A stretch of 64,000 bases of DNA, taken from contig NC_058381.1 of the NCBI RefSeq assembly GCF_018350175.1, positions 2,232,001 through 2,296,000 of the forward strand, written 5' to 3'. Position 1 is the stretch's first letter, and every line of letters begins with the position of its first letter. The position numbers were made by a program, and so were the translations under genes. The DNA is from Felis catus. Lineage: Eukaryota. Below, in pieces: positions 24,604 through 37,565 of the stretch. The notes beneath the pieces are model-generated. The model worked only from the letters and a program-made list of their open reading frames with translations. It did no database searches and was not told the origin of the DNA.

Positions 24604-27600
24604 TCATTCCACCCGCACCAGCAGGGCATAGAGGAGCGTGGCCCCCTTCTCCTTGGTCACCCACTCGAGTTCGGCTGGGCTGAAGTGAGGGTCCGGAGGT
24701 TCTCTGAGGGCGGCCGAGGGGGGCCCGGGGGTGTAGGAGCCGGGGCGCACGCACACCTGGAACGCCACCTGGGCCTGGTGCGTCCGCTGGGATTTGGGGT
24801 CCCGGAATCTGTCAAGGGGAGAAGAAATCCGGCCGTGAGGCCTCTGGTCCCTCTCCTCCCCTTGCTAACTGCACGGCCACACAGGCCCTGCGGGGGCACC
24901 CCCACCTTGCAGGGGCCTTGCCCTCCCCCCACTCCCCTCCCTACCGCCTTCCCCAACGACTGCTCAGCCGGCTCCCCGCTTCTGAGTGCAGGCCGCTGCC
25001 CACCCTGCTCCCCGTGCCCGCTCCACCCGCACTTCTGACCCACTGCACCCCCCTTTTTGTCACCTTTAAAAATAGAAAATGCTTCTTATATAACAATGTT
25101 CTAGAGCGAGAGAAGACCCAAGTGGCACAGGTGAGAGAAGGGAAGGCAAAACATGGAGACCCCGGGCGTGTCCCCCGGGTACTCACTGCACTTTGGATGC
25201 CAGGGTCTCGGCCCCAGCGTACTGCAGGGACGGGGAGAGCAGCACCGGAGGGGGCTGCTCCTCCCGGGGAGGGGCGCAGTTCTCGCCGGGCTCCTCAAAC
25301 CCCACCCCGGGCTCGCCCTTCAGCGGCCGGCAGCTCAGGATAGAGGCAGCGCCTAGGACAAGAGCTGCGTCAGGGCCGCCCTCCAGGGGCCGGGCCCACC
25401 AGCCTTGCCCTGCCCTGCCCCTGCCGCCCCGGTACCTGCTCCCAGCTCCCCTCGGTCCAGCACCCTCCGCACGGCTGCCACGTGGCTCCCGTGATATGCC
25501 ATGTGCCACTTCTTGGTTAGCGTCCCAGCTTCCAGACGGGGATTCACCCTAGGATGTAGACAGGGCAGACCGGACAAAGGTCGCTGGCTCCCCAACACTG
25601 TCCCCTCTACAGGAAGTTCTGCCACGTCTTCCATGCACCCCCTGGGGAACCTCCTTCCTCTAGGGGGAAAAGAACAGTAAGGGAGCCGCGTGACCCCGCC
25701 CTGCGCACACCTGAGGTTGAACCTGCACCAGCCGAAGGGCAGGGCATACTCCCGAGGGGGCTCTCCCCGGCGCCTGTGGGCCTCGTCCCCTCGAAGCTTC
25801 CGGCAAGACTCACAGTAGCACAGGCTTCGCTTGGGCGGAGGCATAAAGTAATCCTCTGCGGGAAAGCGAGGGGCAGGCTGGGTGCCGAGGTGCCCAACAC
25901 TGCCCCGGGGAACGAGGCGGGTCCCGGGGGACCGGGGACTCACCGGGAAGCAACAGCAGTTCTTGGAAGCGGGAGCACAGGGCGTGATACTCGCAGCTCT
26001 TGAGAGGGCTGGCGGCAGGCAGCGGCCCCCAGCACACGCTCTCCTTCATACCTGCGCGGGCAGGAGGGGGCACAGGTCACAGGAGCCGGGGCGGCACGGC
26101 ACGGTGGGTGGGGCGGGGCTCTGCGGGCTGGCTCACCATCTACCATGTCCGCCTTCTCCATGTCCCCTTGGGTTCCCGCACTCTTGCCACTGGCAGCCCC
26201 TGGTTCAGGACTCACGATGGTCACCTGCAGGGGAGGGGGGCGGAAATCAGCCTGGGCGTGCCCCAGCCCCCGGGGCCTGCCCGTGCCCTCACCGGTCGCC
26301 CCCTCCACCCTTCCTCCATTACAGCCGACCTGCTCGCACTGGCCGTAGAGGTCCACCACCGCGTGGCAGGGCTGGGGCACGTCCGGTACGGCCACCCCCT
26401 GGTCCAGCCCATTGACGTGGAGGTGCAGCCCCCCAGAGCTGTCCAGCCGCAGTCCCAGGACGGTGCCTTCGGGACACGTGTCCAGGTTTGGCCCAAACTT
26501 CTCACAGATCTAGGAGGAAAGACCTACTGTCTTCCCAGAGATCAGACGCCCACAGGCAACAGCCAGGCTCGCCCTTCACTCTGCTTCCGGTTGCCAGGCC
26601 CCAGGCTTGGCCTCCACGCCGGCCTGCTGCCCGGGCTCCACCCCCCTCCTCAAACATCTGGAGTCCACCTCCCCGCCAACCCCCGCACTCCCCTCCCCCC
26701 CACAACATGCTCAGTGGCAGGAACCCAGGACAACGTGACAGCCTGAGCGTCCAGACAAGGCCCCCCACACTCTCGCTCACCCACCATGGGGTCTACCCCA
26801 CTATGGGGCCCCTTTACGCCTGCAGTCCTACTGCCGGAGCCGGGGACCCTTTTGGCCAGACCCTCCCGACTCAAAGCCCCAGCCCTCCCTCTTCTCTCTG
26901 CCCCGTACTCACCTTGAGACCATTGTGGAAGATGCCACGGCCCCGCAGCAGCCAGGCTGCCCGCTTGAGGGCACAGGCAGAAGCGGGGAAGTTGAGCCTC
27001 TCGGGCGGGCAGGTGATGACGCCCAGGACCAGGGAGGACGTCCACTGCCGGTTCAGGAAGTCTATCCGCACCTGGGGAAAAGGGCAACTACTCCCCAGTC
27101 ACGGCCTGCTGGGAAGAGGCCGCCCCCCAGCAGAACCAGGCTCCTCACCCCTGCCGGGTGGGAGCGACAGGACCTCCCACGGCGTGGCCGGGGATGCTGC
27201 CCTTCCCTCGCCCGGAGGGACCGCAAACTACAAACCGCTTGTTTCCTTCCCCACGTGAGCCTCGGCGCTGTCGGGACAGTAAGGGTCCCCGTGCCCCGGC
27301 TTCCTAACTAAATCTCTCCGTTTGTGGCAAACAGCAGAAAGGCCTCCTCCTCGGCAAAGCCGTCCACGCGCCCACGCGTAGGGCCGGCGTCTCTCTTGGC
27401 CTCCCCCAGCCCCTGCCCGCTGCCGCCGCCCCCACCGGTCGGCAAGTAAGGCTTCCTGATAAGCGACCTACGAACCCCACCGCGGACACGAGCCCAAGCC
27501 CGGGAAGCTCATCCGAGGGGCTTGCCTTCCACCTCGTCCTCAGCTGGAAAGGGGTTCCTCCAGGAGGGCTGGCCCTGGGTCACCCCGAGCCAGAGGAGCG

Positions 27601-30600
27601 GCGAAGGTGAGGCCCACCTGGACCAGCAGCTGGGGCACCAGGGGCTGGTTGATGACAACGATGCCCTGGTTGTAGCTGGCCACCCGCGTGGCGGTGCGGT
27701 TCCCGTTGGACAAGAGGATGTTCTTCCCGTGGTTCTCCAGGAACTCGAGGGCTGTGGGCATAATGGCCACTTGATTCTGGCCCTGGTGTGGAGGAGAGAC
27801 CGAGCTGCTGGGTTGCCAGTACGAGCCACCCCCCGCGGGCGTTTACACGGGGCTCGCGCACAGGCGACTGGCCACCCGGGGTTGGGTCAGAGAGCCCCGG
27901 GACAGCCTGGTGTCCCGCGGACCACCGACCCCAGCCGCCCGTTCACGGGCCCCGCCTGCCCCGCGTGGCCTCTTACCCTCGGGCTGTGCTCCTCCCCGTC
28001 ATCATCTTCCTCACCCTCGCTGCCGGTGTCCGAGCTGGGAGAGGGAGGCTGGGTGCCTTCCGACTCCTCCAGCCTCGTGGAGCTGACCACGGACACGCTC
28101 CGTACGGGCCCGTAGAGGTCCAGCACGGCCCACACGTTCTGTGGGCACACACGACACGGGAGTCAGGGGTCCGCGGAAGGCCTCAAGCCCGCTCCCCAAG
28201 CCCAAGGTTCCCTGGGTCTACCTTGGCGACGCCGGTGGCCGCAGGCCCCATGTCCTCTCCGTCTACCAGGATGTGCATCGTGTCGTCCGCCCCCCGGCGG
28301 ATGCCCACGCGGCTGCCCACCTGGCGCCAAGGTGAGACGGGCTCGAATGCCTGGCCTCCCTCCCCCCCGCCGCCCCCGCTCCACCTCCACCCCGACCCCG
28401 GAGCCGGCTGCCTCACCCCCAGCCTCTCCAGGTTCCGGCCGTAGTTCATCCTCTGGAGCTGGCCGTCGCGCCTCACTTCGCAGCTGGACACCATCCAGGT
28501 GGTCTTTGTCCGGAGCTCCGGCAGGGAGGGCGGCAGCGCCGGGCCCCCGCCCGTGCCGGGCCCCATGTCCCCGGGCACCAGCGTGGTCAGTCCCAGGCGC
28601 AGGGAGCCCGCCCACTTCTCGTCCAGCTCGTCCACTTTGACCTGAGAGAGACAGAAGGCGGCGGCCGGCGCTAGCCAGGGACAGGGGGACAGCGGGGGGG
28701 CGGGGGGGAGCCCGCCTCGCTGCGAGGGGCCCGCCGCCCACCTCGAACACCTCCTCCGTCTTGAGCTCCTTGGTGCTGAAGACCAGGCCGTGAGCGTAGC
28801 CGGCCGCGCGTACCGCCCTCGTGCCGTCCTCCTCCAGAGTGACGTTCTTGCCACACGTGCTGTGAAAGCGGTGAGCCACTCCAGCCACTGTGGGGAACAG
28901 GCGCAGCGGGAGGGGACAGTGGGACAGCAGGCTTCAGAAAGGACACGGAGCGGCGCTCTCGGGGGAAGCGGGAAGTTGCCGGAAAGGCCCCGTTTGCCAT
29001 CAGTCCTCTGTTTGCCATCGGAGAGCCTCCGGCGCCTCTTTCCCCACGAGAGACCCGTTCCCAAAGCGGGCGTGCCCGGCTCCTGGCCTCCTGGTGGCCG
29101 AGAAGAGCCTCGGTCGTTCCAGCCAGTCGTGACCTCCTCCCCTCTTCTTGGCCGCCGCCTACCCTGGGCTCATCCCTCCCTTCAGGGGCGAGCCTGTCCT
29201 GACCCAGCTCCCTGAGCTGGAAGCGGCCCCCTCAGGCCCACGGTGAGGAAGCAGAGCCCGCCCCGCCGGCCGCACCTGGGGAGTGCAGGGGGAAGGACTT
29301 CTCAGTGGCCGTGTTGCTGGTCGCCAGGCTGTTGTCCATGGGGCCGGTGGCGTTGGTGATGGAGACTTGGACGCACTGGCCGTAGAGATCCACGACCGCA
29401 TACACTTCTGGGTGGGAAAGGAAGGGGTCAGAAGTCCGAGAGCCCGCGGGGCACCGGCACGAGGCGGGCAGGCCGAAAGCCACAGCGCAGTCACCTTTAC
29501 CCGGAGGCAAGCCTGAGCAGGCGGCGCCTTGGTCCTGGCCGTTGATAAAGTAGTGCAGGTCGCCCTTGGCCGTTCGCATCATGCCGATGCGCGCGCCTGT
29601 GCCCAGCGCATCGAGGTCGCACCCGTAGTTGTTGCGCATCGTGTTTCCATCTTGCATGATGGCCGTGCCACTGGAGGGGCGACAGAAGGGGCCGGTGAGT
29701 CTCCCGGCTCTTTCCCACACAGGCCCCTGCTCGGTGTCTGCTCATCAGAACCTTCCAGCGATGGGGCGCCTGGGTGGCTCAGTCGGTTGAGCGTCCGACT
29801 TCGGCTCAGGTCACGATCTCGTAGCTCGTGAGTTCGAGCCCCGCGTCAGGCTCTGGGCTGATGGCTCAGAGCCTGGAGCCTGCTTCCGGTTCTGTGTCTC
29901 CCTCTCTCTCTGCCCCTCCCCCGTTCATGCTCTGTCTCTGTCTCAAAAATAAACAAACATTAGGGGCGCCTGAGTGGCGCAGTCGGTTAAGCGTCCGACT
30001 CCAGCCAGGTCACGATCTCGCGGTCCGTGAGTTCGAGCCCCGCGTCGGGCTCTGGGCTGATGGCTCAGAGCCTGGAGCCTGTTTCCGATTCTGTGTCTCC
30101 CTCTCTCTCTGCCCCTCCCCCGTTCATGCCCTGTCTCTCTCTGTCCCCGAAATAAATAAACGTTGAAAAAAAAATTAAAAAAAAAATAAATAAACATTAA
30201 AAAAAAAATTTTTTTTAAAAAGAACCTTCTAGCACCTTGGATTGGGATCTCGATCTGGGGTCTGGGACCCAATCCCGTTTCCTATGCCTCCGGGACAGCG
30301 GGAGCTTCCCTGAGAGGAGAGGGGGCTGAGCCGCTGCAGGGTGCGGGGCGATGTGGGAAGGCTGCCCAGAAGCCCTCCGGTCTGTCACTGTCCAGGGCCA
30401 CCGCGGGCCCCAAACCTCGCCTCCCTCATCCTAGCCGGCCGCATGGCCCGCAAAGCAGGCAATCTGACCTCAGCATCCACGTGTCATAGTCGATATCCGT
30501 CATGGTGTTGGGGAATTCAAGGTCCTCTGGCCGAATAGCGGTCACTCCTAGGAGGCAGGGGTAGGTCAGAGCCAAGCGCCCAGCAGTGGGCAGCCAGCAG

Positions 30601-33600
30601 CCACCGCCCCCGCCCCCGGTGCGCGCACACACACGGGTGCCCTCACCGGCCTCGATGGAGCCTGACCAGCGGTCCACCATCTTCTGAATGACGATTTCAA
30701 ATAGCTCCCCATCCCGCAGGGCCCTGCCAGGGACAGCGGCAATCAGACAGGCCCTGCTCGGTGGCCGAGGCTGGGCAGCGGGAAGCTGGGGGCACGAAGG
30801 CCCAGGCACTGACCGATTGGAGATGACGATGGCGTCGTTGAACTCGCTGCGGCAGTTATGGCGGAGCGCGGTGCGGCCCCCGTTGGTGATCACTGCGTTA
30901 CTGCCGTGTAGCTGGTGGAAACGCAGGTCGGAGCCCCCGGCCCCCGATGACGGGGAGCTCGGGGACACCTGGTTGTTCCCTTCGGGGAGTGGCTCGGGGA
31001 CTGGGGGCACCTCTGCATGAGTGGTCATCACCCATTAGGCTCACAGGGGTCTCGGAGGCCCCCCAAGGCCACCCCGACCCCCTGCCCCTGCCCAGTCCGG
31101 CCCTCACCCACGTCGTCCACAATGGTGGCCTGGGCCGCCTGGCCGTAGAGGTCCACGACTGCGTAGACACCCGGGGGCACGTTCCAGGCCGCGGGGCCCT
31201 GAGTCATCCCGTTGACAAAGAAGTGCAGGGTCCCGTCCTCCCGCCGCACCACGCCCACCGTGTCCCCTGCCTTGGAAGAAGGGGGGCTGGAGTGAGGAGT
31301 CAGGCAGAGCTCCCGCCTGGGCTGGTCCTACGGCAGCCCCGCCTTGCCCGCCTCCCGCCGCCGGGCCCCGGCCGGACGCACGCTCTCCCACCTTGAGGCG
31401 GTCCAGGTTGTGCCCGTACTCGTCCAGGATGGTCGTCCCGTTGTGCATCACCCCGTTCCCGGTCATCATCCAGGTCCCTAGGGGGACGAGGGGGGACAGA
31501 GGACGTGAGCGGGGCCCAGGGCTCCTGTCGTGCAGCGGTGCCCGCGTCCACCCCCCAAAGCCGCTGGCCCGGCCTGCCTTTTCTGACGGTCGGCTCTCTT
31601 CCCAGAGCTGAACAAGAAAACCCTGCACGTCCCAAGCCAGCCATAAGCCCCGTCCACGTGACAGGCAGGCCTCAGCCACCGGATGAGTCGTCACAAGGGT
31701 GACAAGCGAAAAAAGGGCCGGAGCACAAGCATCCGGGCTCCAGGGGGTGGTTTCCTCCCGCAGACCCTGTCCCGGCCCCGCCCCGCCGGGGGGCTCACCC
31801 GAGCGCAGGTTGGTCATGGTGGAGGGCAACTGGAGGTAGGCAGGGTTGTGGGTGGTGACACCGATCTCGATGGAGCCAGCCCACTTGTCTACCATCTTGT
31901 CGATGCGCACCTGGAACACCTCTCCGTCCCGCAGGGCTCTGCTGCTCAGCACTACGCCGTGATTGAAGTCATCGGTGGCACTGAGGGCACAGCACGTGGG
32001 GCCTCAGGCACGAGCGCGCGCTCTGAGCACGCCGCACCCCGGCCCGGTCGGTGCCTGCCTGACTCCTGCTGCCCCCAATCCACCTGCTGACCTTCGCTCT
32101 CCCGGAGGCTCCCCCCTTCTCTGTCACGACGGCCCCGCTCAGAATCCCGCCGCCCCCCGCATCCGCGCCCCTCCCGCAAGCCCGTTAGAGCCCCTTCTGC
32201 GGGCTTCTCCCCACCCCCTGGGCCATACTGGGGCCTCAAGGCAGTGCGTCCCTCGTGGGTGATAGCCGCCTTCTGCCCGCAGTTCGGGTGGAAGAGCAGG
32301 CGCTCGGGCTCGGCCTGAGCGGCGGGGGCGGCGCGGCGGAGGGCGCCCTCGGGAGACAGGGCCCGCAGGATGGCGTTGTTCCGGCGCAGACGGTCGCTGT
32401 GGTTGTTATTATGGACGATGGTCACCTTCACCGCCATCCCGTACAAGTCCACCACTCCATACACCACCGGGGGCGTCAGCGGGGTGGCCACGCCTGTGGG
32501 GGTGGAAGGCAAAGGAAGGGGTCAGACACGGGGACACCAGCCTCAAAGAGAGACAGGAGTGTGAGGACCAGACCCCCTGCACCGAGCGCCCTGGCCGCGC
32601 AGCCCCTACCCTGATCGATGCCGTTAATGAAGAAATGCAGGGCAGAATTGGACTTCCTCGTGAGACCGATGTGGTCGCCCTCCTGGTCAAAGCAGAAAAG
32701 ACGAAAGTCTGGAATCTATCCCCGGTCGGGCTCCAGACTTGTCCCGGGGACCCTGGAACAACGCGGTCCTAAAGCCTGCCCGCCAGCCCAGGCCGCAGGG
32801 GAACTGCTCCGAAGGTGCCGGAGTCACAGAGCCGCCCCGAACGCTCACTCCGAGGCCAGCGCTGCATTAAGCCATCTCATAAACATCACCCCATCTACCT
32901 CCCAAAGGAGTCTAGAAAATACTAACAGGCTCGTTTTAAACGTTAGAAGGGAAGAAAAAAAAACCCACCAAACTACCAAAGAGAACGAGTTTGTTGCCTC
33001 TGGTCACCACCACAAATGGCCAAGCGATTAAGAAAAAGTAAAACTCTGACTTGGAAACCTGAGTGCCTAACTACTAGGCAGCCCTGCCTTCTCAGAAGGA
33101 ACCTCTAGGCAAAAGCTAACAGGCCTTGGGGCGCCTGAGTGGCTCAGTCGGCGGAGCGTCCGACTTCGGCTCAGGTCATGATCTCACGGTTCGTGAGTTC
33201 GAGCCCCACATCGGGCTCTGTGCTGACAGCTCGGAGCCTGGAGCCTGCCTCGGGTTCTGTGTCTCCCTCTCTCTGCCCCTTAGCCACTCACACTCTGCCT
33301 CTCTCTAACGTTTAAAGTAAATAAGCGTTAAAAAAAAAAAAAAGACTTTAAAAAGCGCTAACAGGCCTTGCTCTGGGTCACAGGGGAGACCGTGGTGCAC
33401 AGGCAGGGGCACAGGGAAACGGGGCTGCCCCACAGAGGGGCCCAGGCTCCACGCCCACCCTCACCTGTAGCTCATCCAGACTGAACTCACAGTACTCCCG
33501 GCGGGTGCCCTTGCCGTTGGTCAGGATCCCACAGCCACTCATCATGATGGTGCCTGGGGGGGAAGCGGACACCCCGCTCGGGACACGGGCTTCCTCCGCC

Positions 33601-36321
33601 TTAGGAAGGTGCCCCCCGCCCTGCCCGGGGCTGGTACCTGACTGCAGGTTGGTCATGGTGGCCGGGTACTCCAGGCTGTTGGGGTTGTGGGTGGTGACGC
33701 CGATCTCAATGGAGCCAGACCACTTATCCACGAGCTTGTCGATGCGGATCTTGGGAGGGGCGACGACAGAAGGGAGAGACGGGGAACGTGAGCACAGAAC
33801 AGGGCCCCTCGGTCCCCGGCTCTTCCTCGGGCCCCACCCTTCTAACGTCAAGGGTCAAGCCCGGTCTCGAGCCCCCGGAGAGTGACGTGCCAACCAGAGC
33901 CCGGGATCTCGCACACCTCAAACATCTCGTTGTCCCGGAGCGGACGGTTGGTCATGACCACGCCATTGTTGAACTCATCCAGGGGCCGGCGGCGCTCGGC
34001 CGTCTTGTTATTGTTGCTGAGTTTGATGAGGGTTCCGCACTTCTCGTGAAAGAGCAGGGCGTCGTTGGAAGTGAGGACAGGCGAGGTGGCAGCGCCGCTG
34101 GGCCCCGGTCCTTCCCCGGCCGGGGGGGAGCTCAGGTTCACATTTAGGAGCCCCCCGTTGTAGGCAGACAGGATGGCGTTGCCCACCACCTCCGAGAGCT
34201 CCATGCTGGCAAAATCTGCAGCGGCGGGGCGGGGGAGGGAAGCTGGAACGAGGCCGTACCCCCTCTGGCTCGCCACTCGCCCCCTGGCCCTCTCCTGAGG
34301 TCCCTCCCCTCGCCTGGGCCACCTCACTTCCCACTGCCCTTCCCAGAGCCTCCCGGAAGCCCTCACCATTATGCGACTCAAGGCTGTTAGGAAACGTCTC
34401 CGGCCGGGCCTGCGCTGGGGACACCATGAAGGCTGGGGACCAGGCGGGATGGGAGGGGAATGAGGGTTCGGCCCCTGCTGCAGGGGCCCACAGCCAGGAG
34501 ACCCCCTCCTCTAGCCCCTGCTTTCCCCTTCAACAGACTCGGGTGGGGGGGAAAGGGGTCGGAGAGGCCCTGCCCACACCCAGCCTCATGTGTCACTACA
34601 CGTCACCCACTCCTTCAGCCGGTCCCCCTGCCCCGCCCCTCCACCACTGCCCGAGCTGTATTCTCACCTTCGTCCCCCGGGGTCCCCTGTTCAGTCAAGG
34701 CAGAATCTTCAGGGGGTGCGGAGGGCTCGAGGGGGGGTGTAGGGATGGGAGCAGGGGGGCTGAAACCTGGCTCAGGGGGTAGCACGGTGATCTGTGTGCA
34801 CTTGCCGTAAAGGTCCACAACGGCCCAGACACGCGCGGGGAGGCCCGTGGCGGCCACCCCGCAGTCCCGCCCGTTCACCCAGAGCCGCAGCTCCCCGGCA
34901 ACTGTGCGCTCCACGCCCACACGGTCCCCTTCACCGAGCTGGTCCAGGTCCTGACCATACTCCTCCAGCACAGAACGTCCATCCCTCAGCACTGAGCAGC
35001 CCGACACCACCCATGAGCCCCCCTTCAGCCCCGTGGCGCTGCTTGGGAAGTCCAGCACACTGGGGTCCAGTGCCGTCACCCCAATCTCAATGGAGCCACT
35101 CCAGGAGTTGACCTGCGATGAGAGTGGTGGACAGGGACTCAGGAAGGGCCCCCACGGGTCTCCCACCACTAGGAAACCACACTTCACAGACCACCGTGTC
35201 CCCCCTCTTGCCACGTCCCAGCCAGCTGGCTCTTCTCTCTTGAGACGCGGGACACTAACCCAGAGGTGCGGTCCTACAAGCAACTTCCTGGACTCTGTCT
35301 CAGGGACCGTGGGCACCGCTGTCCCCTAGCAACTCTGCTCCCTACTCTGGCGGCTCGGTGTCTCTGACACCATGCCTGTCCCCACCGTCTGGGCTAAATT
35401 CCCTGGCTGCAGCCCCCTGCCTCCTCTAAGTGCCCGGTGTCTGTGACTTCCCAACCACCCAGATGCACAGCTCTCCGAGTCCGTTCTCCCTGCTCTTGTA
35501 CACCGCTCTCCTCCTCCCCTGGCCCGTTTCTCTCCTAGGCCCTGGCTCCACTCAGATTCACTCACTTCCCAAATTCCACCTCTGTGCCCCTGGCCTCGTC
35601 ACCAAACGACACACAAGAGGCACACCTCCCTCTCCCTGAGTGTCCCTCCCCACCCATCGTTCCGGCCTGAGTTTATCCTCCGATGGTTGTACTTCGCCTG
35701 GTTCTCTCTCCTCCTGTCAGGTCCCTGACATCTCTCCGTCCTCCGCCTGCCACAAGCCATTCCAGGAGACCTGTTCCCCAGCCATTCTAGTGGCTGAAGC
35801 CCGTGTCCCTTCCCTGCTCCTGGGTCCGGAGGAAATCAAGCTCTCCTTACCCGTTTCCCCTCCAGACTCAATGTTTCTACTTCCCGCTCCCCTCCTGCCC
35901 GTCACCGGGTGCCCATAAGGTCCGTCGGTTCCCTCTCGGTGCCCGGCGATGGGGCTGCCCCGGTTGTCCCCCATCCCGCCTCTCGCTCTCCCCCTCCCAC
36001 CACCCTCCACATCTCGGTTCCGCGGACCCAGCTCCGCACCTTGCGGTCGATGCGGACGGTGAAGACGCGGCCGTCGCGCAAAGGCTCCCGGCTCAACACC
36101 AGCCCGTGGTTGAACTCCTGGCCCGGCTGCTGCCGCCGCGCTGTACGCCCACAGGCCGACAGGCTCACCAAGCGCCCGGTGCGCGGGTGCAGCTCCCCGC
36201 CGCTGCCCAGACCCCCGCCGGACCCCGGCCCTGGGCCGCTCCCGCCGGGGCCCCCACCCCCACCCGGCCCCGGCCCGGGGCCTCCCCCAGAGCCCCCGCT
36301 CCCACCCGACCCCGCCGCCAT
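24604..36321 (-). CDS. NEURL4: Neuralized E3 ubiquitin protein ligase 4 (six NHR domains plus a C-terminal ADP-ribosyltransferase-like domain), 1561 aa
   Basis: 29 GT-AG exons on -: 36321-36040, 35112-34668, 34432-34367, 34215-33917, 33749-33638, 33553-33465, 32682-32610, 32493-32229, 31980-31799, 31477-31392, 31270-31108, 31012-30814, 30723-30647, 30547-30469, 29670-29495, 29407-29276, 28887-28742, 28641-28417, 28320-28222, 28138-27977, 27782-27618, 27071-26913, 26509-26330, 26224-26137, 26051-25944, 25855-25711, 25548-25436, 25352-25187, 24808-24604. Total 4686 nt, in frame. Starts [10 protein letters not shown], repeats W(S/A)GSIEIGVT and VVDLYG NHR motifs, ends [22 protein letters not shown]. 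Confidence 0.97.
29763..30208 (+). mobile_element. Two Can-SINEs, the second nested in the A-tail of the first (NEURL4 intron 14)
   Basis: Heads at 29763 and 29963; outer TSD-like AGAACCTTC(C/T)AGC at about 29747 and 30221. Confidence 0.9.
33128..33342 (+). mobile_element. Can-SINE with TSD (NEURL4 intron 6)
   Basis: SINE consensus; TSD GCTAACAGGCCTT at 33115-33127 and 33357-33369. Confidence 0.9.
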
Positions 36322-37565
36322 CGCCGCTGACACCCGGGCCGCGCGACAGCCGCGCTTGGCGGCACCGTGGCAACCGCGGTGCACACACACCCGGAGGGAA
36401 TAGGGCTCGGGGCTGGGGCCAGGTATGCTTTACGGCACTGCCGGGCAACGAAGCATCCCGGGCTAGGGAACTAATGACCACCGCGGTGGGAACAGAAGGA
36501 CGACGGGGTCGGGCAGGCTTGCTTTACGGCACGGCCAGGTGACGGAGTGGCTCAGAGTGGGGTGCAGACTCGGGCAGCGAGCTTTTGCGACAGTAGAAGA
36601 AACGACCGCCTCAGGCATCTTTACGACGCAGGGGGTGCTGGCCCCCACCTTCAGCTTTGCGACAGCGGCCCCAACGACCCCGCCCCCGCCGAGGCAGGCG
36701 ACGCCTTGAAGTTTTCGCTTTACGGCAACAGGAGGAGGTGTCTTCCCTTCGCGCTACACCCTTCGACGCCGTAAGAGCGGCGTCTGGAGCATCCAGAGAA
36801 GGGAACCGGTAGCTTTATAAATAAAAACCTCTGCCCTCGCACCGAGACCGGATATATTTTGCGACACTGTCGCAGTCCCTCCACTGTGTAGCGCACTTCT
36901 CGTGAGAGGCAAAGCGCGTCGACTTGGGGGGGGGGCAGGGAAGGGACTCGTGATATTCCTAAACAAGCCCACTTGAACTCCAATCTAGCCAAACCCTTAA
37001 ATTTTAAAGCCACGGATGAAGAGTCCAATGAAACCCTGGCAGGCAGATTCAAGCAATGGCACTGACGGTCCTGCCCCCAAAACCCCGAGCTATCAAGCCC
37101 CCCAGCCCAGCGGTCCGAGCTCGCGCCGAGGTTGGAGGACTATGACGTCACAATGAAGGCTTCCGCCCCATGACCGGGACCCCTGACTATGATTGGATAA
37201 TTCGGATGAAGGCGGTGATGGGGAAGAAGGGCGGGAACAAATCCCAGAGACAAAGAAAGAAGGCCTTTGGGTGGGGCAGCCGGAGGGGCCCCTAGCCCGA
37301 GGTCCCTATATAAAGTCTCGATGCCGGGGCCGCGGCTCCAGGTAGCTGAGCGGGAGGGGACCCGGGCCTCAGCCCGAGCCCCCGACCTCCACGCCCCTCC
37401 GCCCAACGCCACGGTGGGGGCGGGGCCTCGGGGCGGGGCTATGAGAAACAAGTAGGCGGAGCGGGGCGGGGCAGCTAAGAGAGGTCCCCGGATGGGGCCA
37501 GGGAGAAGCCCGAGGCTCTGGGGGCTGCCGGCGGCCGCAGTGGGGAATCCCCGGGAGAGGCGACC
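36322..37565. promoter_or_regulatory. Divergent promoter region shared by NEURL4 and the I-2-like gene
   Basis: Head-to-head start codons 1.24 kb apart. CpG-rich, with a TTTRCGRC motif cluster (36429-36875), CRE TGACGTCA (37143-37150), ATTGG (about 37191), TATATAAA (37307-37314) and GC boxes. Confidence 0.7.

Noticed and set aside
23396-24631. 411-aa + strand ORF antisense to GPS2/NEURL4
   Set aside because: GC-rich antisense frame with a non-ATG start and no recognisable domain.
36429-36875. CRISPR-like reading of the short repeats with unique spacers
   Set aside because: Repeats are only about 9 bp, spacing is irregular, there are no cas genes and the DNA is mammalian; treated as a transcription-factor site cluster instead.
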